From Thermoplasmatota archaeon (GTDB lineage: Archaea > Thermoplasmatota > Thermoplasmata > Thermoplasmatales > Thermoplasmataceae): a stretch of DNA of 64,000 nt. This document shows, in pieces, positions 55,790 to 63,622 of this stretch; the stretch's first letter is position 1; each line of letters begins with the position of its first letter. Both the position numbers and the translations under genes were made by a program. The notes beneath the pieces were generated by a model, which saw only the letters and a list, made by a program, of their open reading frames with translations, was not told where the DNA came from and ran no database searches. The stretch is taken from positions 16,879 through 80,878 of the forward strand of contig JAMDBT010000047.1 of assembly GCA_023487205.1 (NCBI GenBank), read 5' to 3'.

Positions 55790-56578
55790 GTGGTCTTTGG
55801 GGCTCCATATGATGGAACTTCCAGTTTCAGAAAGGGGTCCAGGTTTGCCCCAGATTCTGTCAGGCTGGCGTACGACAACCTTGAGTCGTTTGATCCGAGA
55901 TATGGCGTTGATTACGGAGAGGCGGCGATCTGTGATCTGGGAGATTTGATTGAACTTCAATCAGTAGATGAAATGGTCGAATCGGTCTCAAAAGTCACAT
56001 CACACATTTTCTCGAGAGGCAAGCTTCCCATAATGCTGGGTGGGGAACATTCGATTACCGTGGGCGCAGTTAGATCCGCAGGAAATTGTGGGATGATTAT
56101 AATCGACGCTCATTCAGATTTCAGGGATTCTTACCACGGAAGCAAGCTGAACCATGCGTGTGTCACGAGACGATGCTTGGAGCTTCTGGGTCCTGGGAGG
56201 ATTGTCTCAATTGGGACCAGATCCATATCAAGGGAAGAATTCGAGTCTCCCGAATTCAATGGCGTCAGGTTCATCAGGGCGGAAGATGTCCGAAAGCAGG
56301 GAGTTCAGAAGTTCTTCGCTGAAATCAGGAAAATTGCAGGGGATAGGATATATTTCTCCATAGACATGGACGGAATCGATCCGGCATTCGCTCCCGCAGT
56401 GGGAACTCCGGAACCGTACGGCCTTTCGGATTGTGACGTCCGGGATCTTCTGAGGGAATTCTCAAAGAACGTCATTGGGTTAGACATAACCGAGTTTAGC
56501 CCTCAGTATGATAACGGAAATACCGCGATGCTTGCCTCTAAACTGATTCAGGATTTTATCGGTTCAAGGACGAGTTAG
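55790..56578 (+). CDS. speB: agmatinase (arginase/ureohydrolase family)
   Basis: Mn-ligand motifs ..GGEHSIT.., ..IIDAHSDFR.. and ..SIDMDGIDP.. GTG start. The N-terminus may extend upstream, because the same frame stays open through ..FAESKYV. Confidence 0.88.
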   Translation: MVFGAPYDGTSSFRKGSRFAPDSVRLAYDNLESFDPRYGVDYGEAAICDLGDLIELQSVDEMVESVSKVTSHIFSRGKLPIMLGGEHSITVGAVRSAGNCGMIIIDAHSDFRDSYHGSKLNHACVTRRCLELLGPGRIVSIGTRSISREEFESPEFNGVRFIRAEDVRKQGVQKFFAEIRKIAGDRIYFSIDMDGIDPAFAPAVGTPEPYGLSDCDVRDLLREFSKNVIGLDITEFSPQYDNGNTAMLASKLIQDFIGSRTS

Positions 56579-57105
56579 AGTCCTGCCATTCGAGCTTCTT
56601 TCTCTCCCCTTGAAATTACAATGTCGCAGGGGGTTGGAAGCTTGCCTGCAGCTTTATGCAAAGCATCTTTGAGGCCCTTTGCCGAAGCTGCATCTGAACG
56701 GGCGACCATAATAATGTCGCCGGAACGGACTCTCGCAGCAGTTCCTACGGCCTTGCCGAATGACATGCTCATCCCAGACGATATTCTGTCCGCACCCGCA
56801 CCAGTAGCCATCTTGTGCTCACGCAAGACGTGATGAGGATAGGGTCTTATCTGGAGAAAGAAATTGTCAACTCCCACAAGAACTGACATTTTTCTGTTAA
56901 TGGATACGCGCGCCGCTTCCAATGCTGAATGTCTAATCTGACAGGTCTCCTTGGCGATCAGTTTCAATTCAACTTCAAAACTCTTATTCTGATTTCCCTG
57001 AGTGAACGTTGTGATCTTCGGGTAGGGAACGCCTCCCATGAACTCCCTTCTGGTGTAGGCTGGTCCCGAGACTTTCGTGTACATTCTGGCAGGTTTTGTT
57101 ACCAT
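56575..57105 (-). CDS. rpl10e: 50S ribosomal protein L10e (uL16)
   Basis: MVTKPARMYTKVSGPAYTRREFMGGVP.. Confidence 0.92.
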   Translation of the reverse strand: MVTKPARMYTKVSGPAYTRREFMGGVPYPKITTFTQGNQNKSFEVELKLIAKETCQIRHSALEAARVSINRKMSVLVGVDNFFLQIRPYPHHVLREHKMATGAGADRISSGMSMSFGKAVGTAARVRSGDIIMVARSDAASAKGLKDALHKAAGKLPTPCDIVISRGEKEARMAGL

Positions 57106-57130
57106 TGGAATCCTAGGGACAATTCAACCA

Positions 57131-57140
57131 CATATAAAAA
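57131..57140 (-). promoter_or_regulatory. putative TATA box of rpl10e
   Basis: The minus strand reads TTTTTATATG 26-35 nt upstream of the ATG at 57105. Confidence 0.35.
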
Positions 57141-57149
57141 ATATGGTTG

Positions 57150-57425
57150 GAACCGCTGATGCCACGAACTACGTCTCCGGGTAATGAATATCCTCCCGCA
57201 AACCAAACAGATGCTCCGAATTCCGAGAGAATAACATTCTAAGTTCCCATTCAAGGGGCTGATCCGGTTGATTCCTGTAATGGTGTTCCGTGGATCGCTA
57301 ACTGGTTAATCGCTTCCGGACACTACCTTGTCGACCCGGACTTTCCTGAGGACCGGATGAACTGTCCCGAAAACGGGTTTGCGGAAAGCATCGATCCGAT
57401 TGCAGGCACGTCAATCAATTCATTT
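57150..57425 (-). ncRNA. rnpB: candidate RNase P RNA (boundaries approximate)
   Basis: The minus strand carries an exact AGGAAAGUCCGGG (CR-I/P4 5' strand) at 57335-57347, inside a 740-bp ORF-free gap. A CCCG-UUUU-CGGG hairpin lies just upstream, which is a P3-like position. ACAGGAAUCAACCGG lies ~56 nt downstream. ACCCGGA at 57176-57182 could pair with UCCGGGU to form P4. I could not identify CR-II, III, IV or V confidently. Confidence 0.4.
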
Positions 57426-57847
57426 TGCTCCCGTCCCAGGTTCACCAAACCTTGGCCACTCAATCTTCGGCACCGCAAAGAAAAACCCCGGATTGGGGTG
57501 CTTCGGAGTCTCGGATGGACATGCAGGTCAACAATTAATCTGAAGTAGACAGCCGATTCATCAGAATCCTCTTAATTCCAATGTCGACGACGAAAGATGC
57601 GGACCTAAAGAGTTTTAGATGATGGGGGCGCAGATCCAAATAGGGTTGTAAACTTCCCATTTACGCAAATCTTGTCGCGAAGTGACGATTTTAGCTAATG
57701 GCGATTCCATCGTGAGTTCTGAATCAAGAAAGAACGATGAATTTCATGGATAATTGCACTTCTAGCCAGGGCCTTAATTGTTTCCGCACCTCCAGGAATG
57801 GGAAAATGCCAGAAGAAATATTTAGTTAACTTATTACATCAGTGGCA

Positions 57848-58009
57848 ATGGTAGAAAGAAAGCTTGTGGATGTCGCTCACGTTTCAGGAAGAAGTGGATC
57901 GTACAGAATTACAATTCCAAAACGAGTGAGCGAGATTCTGAAAATCAGTGAAGGGGATATCATTGCTTTCTACGAAGACGGAAAGATATTCATTGAGAAA
58001 CTTCAATAA
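57848..58009 (+). CDS. AbrB/SpoVT-family (MazE-like swapped-hairpin) DNA-binding protein, 53 aa
   Basis: Not in the ORF track because it is under 60 aa. My translation is MVERKLVDVAHVSGRSGSYRITIPKRVSEILKISEGDIIAFYEDGKIFIEKLQ*. The ..YRITIPK.V...L.I..GD.. signature is present, and an AT-rich box lies ~25-30 nt upstream. Confidence 0.7.
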   Translation: MVERKLVDVAHVSGRSGSYRITIPKRVSEILKISEGDIIAFYEDGKIFIEKLQ

Positions 58010-58045
58010 TTTTTCTAACTCGAATGCTATTGCGGCTGGGGTTTA

Positions 58046-59134
58046 GTGAAAGACTTCGGAAAAGAATACGGGCTGATTCTTTCCAGTTTCCTCTTTTCGG
58101 TGGGGTGGTTCTCCATAGCTTTCTCCCTGCCGCTGCTTGGGGTAAGATATGGATTCACCAGTGCGGAAATAGGTCTGCTTGGCTCCGGCGGGGCGTTACC
58201 TTTTGTAATATTCCCATACGTCCTGAGAAATTACACACCTGAGAGCGCACTCAGGCTCCTTCGAATCCCACCGATCGTGGTGGCGATTGGTTCCATATTA
58301 CTGATACCTTACTCCCCCTCGCTATTTATTTTAGGACTGGCGATAGTCGACCTGCTTCAGGGTCTATACTGGATAGTAATTGAAATATACATTGGATACC
58401 TCGATCGTGAAGGGGGAGCTGAAAAATACTCATTCTCATGGGGGATTCCAAATTTCGTGATGCCAATCGCGATGGGGTTCCTGGTGAATGCGTACGGCTT
58501 CCTTCCGCTGTTTGTCGTTGGTTCAGTGGCCTGTCTTGGGTCCTTCTTTGTAACTCCTAAAGTTCACTTTCCTAATGTACGAAAAGCTACTGGAAAGCCG
58601 GAAGTCAAGTTTGTTTTCCCAATGCTTTTTGTTGGTAACAGTTCGGGATATCTGTTCTATGTGATAATCCCTCATCTCCGATCGGTGGGGGTAGAATACA
58701 GCGCTCTGGGCATACTGTCATCGATACCGTCTCTCGTCATCGCATTGGGATTCTTTTTTCTAATTCTGCTGAGGAGCACCAGTATCTGGAAGAGTGCGCT
58801 TATTTCTTCACTTTTCCTTGCTTCCCCAATTCTCCTAATTTTTTATCACGGCCTGGTGGAGATAGCTGCAATTAGTGCCGTCGCCGGACTTGGATCAGCC
58901 ATTGGATTTTCCAAAGTTCTTGCATATGTCTCCAAATCCACAAGCCCTTCGTACGGCGTTATGTATTATGAAGGGTTCTTTGCAGCGGGCTTTACGGTGG
59001 GGTCTCTCGGGGGTGGGTTCCTCTTCGGTCTTCTTTCCTACGGGTCAAGCATAGTAATATTTGCAATACCTGTTCTCTATTCGATCATTATGGTCTTGAA
59101 TTCCTCTCGCTGGATCTCCGGATCTCGACTGTAA
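58046..59134 (+). CDS. MFS-type transporter (about 10-12 TM segments)
   Basis: 362 aa and highly hydrophobic with two-fold repeat topology. The family call rests on topology alone. Confidence 0.6.
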   Translation: MKDFGKEYGLILSSFLFSVGWFSIAFSLPLLGVRYGFTSAEIGLLGSGGALPFVIFPYVLRNYTPESALRLLRIPPIVVAIGSILLIPYSPSLFILGLAIVDLLQGLYWIVIEIYIGYLDREGGAEKYSFSWGIPNFVMPIAMGFLVNAYGFLPLFVVGSVACLGSFFVTPKVHFPNVRKATGKPEVKFVFPMLFVGNSSGYLFYVIIPHLRSVGVEYSALGILSSIPSLVIALGFFFLILLRSTSIWKSALISSLFLASPILLIFYHGLVEIAAISAVAGLGSAIGFSKVLAYVSKSTSPSYGVMYYEGFFAAGFTVGSLGGGFLFGLLSYGSSIVIFAIPVLYSIIMVLNSSRWISGSRL

Positions 59135-60197
59135 CATTTAGTGGGCCCTCGTAATTTGAATCGATCTCTTTCTTGCAAGACATGCACTGCAACTTCATTC
59201 CCGGGAGTACCCTGAATGATGTGTTTCCACAGGAGGGGCAGGATGACCTTATCCACAGGTTTTCTGTAGAGAGTCTCCGGGACTTGCTGATTTCGCCTGC
59301 TGCTGAACCCTTGGTCGAAGAATCGCCCGCGTTGTGCTTCACTCTGGTGGCCACATAAATTGCAAGGAGCGCGTAAAAACCAAGGAATCCCCAAGCTATG
59401 AGGAAAAATTCAGCACCTACACCGATGCCCTGGACAAGAAAGCTGGAGGAGAAGTCCGACGCGAGAATCAGGGTGGACAAACCCTGCACTATGATAGTCA
59501 TGCTGAAACTTCTGGTGAACCCTATATATGCGGAAACAACGTCCAGGAAAGCTGCCTGGATCACAAAAAGGACAAGATTCACAGCATAGTAGCTGGACCC
59601 AAGAGTCAAGACACCAAAGATGGCAGTCTGAACGAAGATCAGAAGGATCATTATGGCCCCGTCTCTTTGTGTAGCCAACGCTGTCTTATGGCCATTTAGT
59701 CTGGATGTTAAGAATGCAAGTATGGCAATGGGTACAAAAATCGAGATTGCGAACTCAATCAGGAACCCCAACTGGGAGGATAGAACATCAATCAGTAACG
59801 GATAGCCTGCAAAGTAATCGAGAGAGGCGCTTTCATAGCCGGGATAAGCGGCAGTTATGAGGTAAATAACCCACTGAAGGAGGACATATACGGAGATCAG
59901 CAGCAAATACCTGATCAGCATGTCGCGATCCGCCTCTTTCCGGCGTGAACTTACCAAGAAGAATAACAGAAATGCCGGGGGAAGGAATAATGTGGCTATC
60001 CAGGCCAGAGGAGCGATATATGATGGAATGCCGGAAGAGTTCAGGTACGTTATCGATGCCCCGATAGACATTAAATCAAGAATAACAAAAATTAGGAATG
60101 TCGCAAGAGAAACATATGCTCCAGCAGCCGCAAAAAACCGGAGGGCGGCGTAGAAGCCGCGCAGTTTTTGCGTCAGGTTCTGTTTTTCCGGTTCCAT
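59088..60197 (-). CDS. polytopic membrane protein with a C-terminal cytoplasmic zinc ribbon
   Basis: 369 aa with ~9 TM segments, then ..CPSCGNTSFRVLPGMKLQCMSCKKEI.. (CxxC-x15-CxxC). No family recognised. Confidence 0.6.
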   Translation of the reverse strand: MEPEKQNLTQKLRGFYAALRFFAAAGAYVSLATFLIFVILDLMSIGASITYLNSSGIPSYIAPLAWIATLFLPPAFLLFFLVSSRRKEADRDMLIRYLLLISVYVLLQWVIYLITAAYPGYESASLDYFAGYPLLIDVLSSQLGFLIEFAISIFVPIAILAFLTSRLNGHKTALATQRDGAIMILLIFVQTAIFGVLTLGSSYYAVNLVLFVIQAAFLDVVSAYIGFTRSFSMTIIVQGLSTLILASDFSSSFLVQGIGVGAEFFLIAWGFLGFYALLAIYVATRVKHNAGDSSTKGSAAGEISKSRRLSTENLWIRSSCPSCGNTSFRVLPGMKLQCMSCKKEIDSNYEGPLNVTVEIRRSSERNSRP

Positions 60198-60201
60198 GGC
60201 A

Positions 60202-60915
60202 TCAGGATAAGGTAATTGTGAGCCTCTTGTTGATTTTTCCCTTTACGAGGGAAGTCTTGATATTGATCTTGCCAACCTCTCCAGTGTTTTTTACCTGAGT
60301 TCCCATGTCAGGTTGTGGCGGGAGTCCAGGAATCTCACAAATTCGTGTATTCTCTAGGTCAGGGACTTTCCCTTTGCTGAATGCCGTAAGGTCGGCATTC
60401 TGCTGAAATTCCTCCTTTGTCAGTACACGATTTGTCACACTCAGCTTCTGAGCAACTATCTCGTTCGCCTTAGCCTCAAGAGACTTAACCATTTCTTCGG
60501 TTAGTTCATCGAGATTGACGTCTATCCACGCCTGGTCGTCGTAAGTCTGGCTCAAACGCGAACCCGATCCGAGGTCCCTGAATGCCAGTCCGGCAAGGAT
60601 GAAAAGGGCTGTCCTGAATCTCATGTGAATGTATCTGATGTTCCAGTCGATCTTCTGCAGAACGGTCTTTCCCACAACATCCTGCGGATAGGTGTCAAAC
60701 GACATCAGGTGAACCCATTTGCCGTCCCACCATGAATCGTTTATCGGGTACGACCTGCCCTCAATCACGACTTCGCCCTTGTCGTTCGGCTGCCCGTCAA
60801 AAGTCGGATGGAACATTGACCTGTCTACAACAAGGTCGGTGAATTCGACGAAAGTTGCCTTGCTCTCGCACTCTGTGGAATAAGGATTCTCAAGATAAAG
60901 GAGTTCTGATCCCAT
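60202..60915 (-). CDS. AlaX-M-like protein (alanyl-tRNA synthetase editing-domain family) lacking the Zn-binding residues
   Basis: N-terminal ..LYLENPYSTECESKATFVEF..VVDRSMFHPTFDGQPNDKGEV.. The core is ..IDWNIRYIHMRFRTALFIL.. and ..QPDMGTQVKNTGEVGKINI.., where the family normally has HxxxH and CxxxH. Confidence 0.7.
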   Translation of the reverse strand: MGSELLYLENPYSTECESKATFVEFTDLVVDRSMFHPTFDGQPNDKGEVVIEGRSYPINDSWWDGKWVHLMSFDTYPQDVVGKTVLQKIDWNIRYIHMRFRTALFILAGLAFRDLGSGSRLSQTYDDQAWIDVNLDELTEEMVKSLEAKANEIVAQKLSVTNRVLTKEEFQQNADLTAFSKGKVPDLENTRICEIPGLPPQPDMGTQVKNTGEVGKINIKTSLVKGKINKRLTITLS

Positions 60916-61002
60916 GCCACCGAATATGTCACTGTTTACTTTATGCTTGCCATCAAGAATTGGTCGCTAGCTTAATCTTGATCCTCAAAATTCCTTCCAA
61001 GC

Positions 61003-62280
61003 TTGGACAAGAGAACGCTGGACTACATTTATGCGCTGAAACGTGAGGGGGTCAAGCTGGATCTTGACATTGTTTCTGAGTTTTCAAGGGTAACCGGCGA
61101 CTCTTACAGTTCATTTGATTCTGTGCACGTAGCAGGCACCAACGGTAAGGGATCAACATCCTGTCTGATTTACAACGTCCTTAATCTTTCCGCAAGAACA
61201 GGTCTTTACACTTCACCCCATCTTGTAAAATTCAACGAGAGAGTGGTATCCGGTGTAGAAATGATACCGGACTCATACATCGAGAAGTTCGTGAATGACC
61301 ATATGGGCGATATTGAAAAACTCAAGACAAACAACAGGAATCCCACATTTTTCGAGGTTACGACCGTAATGGCCTTTGATTATTTCAGGGACACTGGATG
61401 CAAGAGGGCATCAATTGAGGTTGGCCTTGGCGGGAGGCTGGACGCGACAAACATACTACGCCCGCAGGTTGCAGTTATCACCCAGATAGGATACGAGCAC
61501 GCAAACTTGCTGGGAGGGTCGCTCACATCTATTGCACGAGAAAAGGGCGGGATCATAAAGCCAGGAATTCCAGTCGTGGTTGGCGAGAGGAAACCAGAAC
61601 CTCTCAAGGAACTTGCAAGAATTGCGGGTCTCATGGGAAGCAAGCTTATTCAAGTGGACAGGGCTTGCAGAACCTCAAACGAAGAGTCTACCGTACAGGG
61701 AAACAGCGTAAGGGTCGCCACAGACAGGGATACGTACGACCTCCGATGTTCAATGCCGGGAAAGTATCAGATAAGGAACCTGTTAACATCGGTAATTGCT
61801 CTGGAAAACCTCCCGGACCCTCCTTCAAGAGTGGAAATCGAGAAGGGCATCGAGAATTCCAGGTGGCCGGGAAGACTGGAACTGGTGAGAGACGACCCGC
61901 CGATCATCCTGGATTCTGCACATAATCCTCCTGCTGCACAAGCTCTCGTGACCTCGCTAAAGGGCCTTCTCAGGGAAGAGCCAATCCTCATGGTGGGTCA
62001 ACTGAAAGATAAGGATTATTTTTCATTCCTGAACGTCATCAGGCATCTCTCCGGCAGAATCGTGCTCACAACACCGGACGAGGAGGACAGGGCTGAAGAT
62101 CCGTACAAGTTGCTCCCGATCTGCAAAGGCTTATTCAGGGAATCTTCCGTGATTCCCGACCCAGTTGAAGCATACGAATACGTGAAGAACCAGGGATCTG
62201 CGGCAGTGATTACCGGATCGATCTATCTTGTGGGTCTAATAAAAGGCCTGGAAAACTCGTCCTTAAATCCGTTTAAATAG
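61003..62280 (+). CDS. folC: folylpolyglutamate synthase/dihydrofolate synthase (Mur ligase family)
   Basis: ..VAGTNGKGSTS.. P-loop, ..EVGLGGRLDATN.. and ..DSAHNPPAAQAL.. TTG start. Confidence 0.88.
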   Translation: MDKRTLDYIYALKREGVKLDLDIVSEFSRVTGDSYSSFDSVHVAGTNGKGSTSCLIYNVLNLSARTGLYTSPHLVKFNERVVSGVEMIPDSYIEKFVNDHMGDIEKLKTNNRNPTFFEVTTVMAFDYFRDTGCKRASIEVGLGGRLDATNILRPQVAVITQIGYEHANLLGGSLTSIAREKGGIIKPGIPVVVGERKPEPLKELARIAGLMGSKLIQVDRACRTSNEESTVQGNSVRVATDRDTYDLRCSMPGKYQIRNLLTSVIALENLPDPPSRVEIEKGIENSRWPGRLELVRDDPPIILDSAHNPPAAQALVTSLKGLLREEPILMVGQLKDKDYFSFLNVIRHLSGRIVLTTPDEEDRAEDPYKLLPICKGLFRESSVIPDPVEAYEYVKNQGSAAVITGSIYLVGLIKGLENSSLNPFK

Positions 62281-62301
62281 AAGCTCCCCGGTAATATTAA
62301 A

Positions 62302-63615
62302 GTGCGAAAACCGAAACAAAATTATTTTGTACGCAATGGAATCTCAATGATCTCGGATCGCATGAACAATCCTTTCGTAGATTTCAATGAAAAATCCTCC
62401 TTCCTTACAGGAAATCTCTCAGATCTAGGAGGCTCTTTCATACCGGAGAGTTTGCCTCATCGAGAGGAGCAGATCCTGCAGATGGCAAAGCTTCTCGGGA
62501 GCCTGATGCGTAATGGCAGGCCCTCCAATATTGTGGTATATGGCAGGACAGGTACAGGGAAGACTTCCACAACCAGGCATGTAATGCGGATGCTCACTGA
62601 TGCCACAAATGGCTATGTGAGGATATGCTACATCAACTGCCAGATCAATGACTCACAATATTCAGTGCTCGTAACACTCGTAAACCTTTTCTCCGCTGAC
62701 AGCGAGGAGAACATACCTTTAAGTGGCTGGCCGCTGGACAGGATTTATTCCGAGCTAGTGTCGAGGATTAAGAGGAGTTCAAGGCCTCTTCTTTTGGTAC
62801 TGGACGAAATAGACCGCATGATCGCAAAGAGCGGCAGCGATTCCCTTTACGTGATCCTAAAGCTGGGGGATGACGTGGATGGGCTGAGCTGCTCCATAAT
62901 CGGAATAACCAATGATACTTCTTTCTCGGAAAGATTGGATTCGAGAGTAAGAAGCAGGCTCAATCAGGAAAGCATGCTCCTTCCTCCATACAATGCATCG
63001 GAACTGAAGGACATCCTGTCCTATCGAACCAAGGGGATCCTCAGGGAAGGATCGCTTGAGGAGTCAGCTCTTAACCTGTGCGCGGCTATAGCAGCAAGGG
63101 AGCATGGCGATGCCAGAAAAGCGCTTGACCTGTTAAGGGTCGCCATAGACATTACCATCAGGAATTCATCCCTGGTGATTACGGACAAGGAAGTCATAGC
63201 AGCAAGGGAGAGGCTTGAGATCGATATTCTCAGGGAAACAGTCAAATCCCTTCCCCTGCATACCCAGATTGTGCTGTTGAGTTGCGTGGTCACGCAAGAG
63301 GTCACGAGAAGGCCGTCATTTACAGGGGAGATCTCCCGCAATTACTCGGAGATATGCCAGGAACTTGGCAACAGCCCACTCAGCAACAGGAGGGTCAGTG
63401 ATCTGATCTCTGACCTGGACGACATAGGCCTTATCTCAACCAGGATACAGAGCATGGGCAGGAACGGTAGGTCAAAGCTCATCCAGCTGGAAGAAAATGG
63501 CGACCAGCTTAAGAAGTACCTGATGGAGGTTGATTCCCTTTCGTCCTTCGTGGGTGCAGGTCTGGGAAAGCAATCCCGGCTAAACCTTGGGAACGATAAC
63601 GATCCTGCTAACTAA
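62302..63615 (+). CDS. cdc6: Orc1/Cdc6-type replication initiator (AAA+ plus C-terminal winged helix)
   Basis: ..LPHREEQI.., Walker A YGRTGTGKTST, Walker B LLVLDEIDRM, sensor ..GITND.. and ..HGDARKALDLLR.. The start is more likely Met at 62347 or 62362. Confidence 0.9.
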   Translation: MRKPKQNYFVRNGISMISDRMNNPFVDFNEKSSFLTGNLSDLGGSFIPESLPHREEQILQMAKLLGSLMRNGRPSNIVVYGRTGTGKTSTTRHVMRMLTDATNGYVRICYINCQINDSQYSVLVTLVNLFSADSEENIPLSGWPLDRIYSELVSRIKRSSRPLLLVLDEIDRMIAKSGSDSLYVILKLGDDVDGLSCSIIGITNDTSFSERLDSRVRSRLNQESMLLPPYNASELKDILSYRTKGILREGSLEESALNLCAAIAAREHGDARKALDLLRVAIDITIRNSSLVITDKEVIAARERLEIDILRETVKSLPLHTQIVLLSCVVTQEVTRRPSFTGEISRNYSEICQELGNSPLSNRRVSDLISDLDDIGLISTRIQSMGRNGRSKLIQLEENGDQLKKYLMEVDSLSSFVGAGLGKQSRLNLGNDNDPAN

Positions 63616-63622
63616 TTCCCGC

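Noticed and set aside
55338-56578. aIF5A followed by agmatinase as a possible novel linkage.
   Set aside because: This neighbourhood is plausibly explained by the known polyamine dependence of aIF5A (deoxy)hypusination. I believe it recurs in other archaea, so it is noted in the features but not treated as novel.
57126-57151. 9-bp hairpin (CAACCAUAU..AUAUGUGGUUG) with a U-rich loop upstream of rpl10e, considered as a terminator.
   Set aside because: The AT-rich loop coincides with the best TATA-box candidate for rpl10e at the expected distance. The palindromy is probably incidental to the promoter.
57421-57445. Minus-strand CCUGGGACGGGAGCAA, resembling the SRP RNA helix 8 motif (..GGAAGGGAGCAA..).
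   Set aside because: The GNRA tetraloop with its closing stem (e.g. CCC-GGAA-GGG) is missing and flanking complementarity is absent. I therefore do not call an SRP RNA here, though cmsearch should still be run.
57357-57548. 63-aa ORF inside the large ORF-free gap.
   Set aside because: Its composition is odd (Pro/Arg/Cys-rich) and it has no start context. It overlaps the region that looks like structured RNA on the opposite strand.
57555-57722. UGAUGA and CUGA strings suggesting C/D box sRNAs in the gap.
   Set aside because: The box spacing, either ~30 nt with no internal D'/C' boxes or ~100 nt overall, does not fit the 50-70-nt archaeal C/D sRNA architecture.
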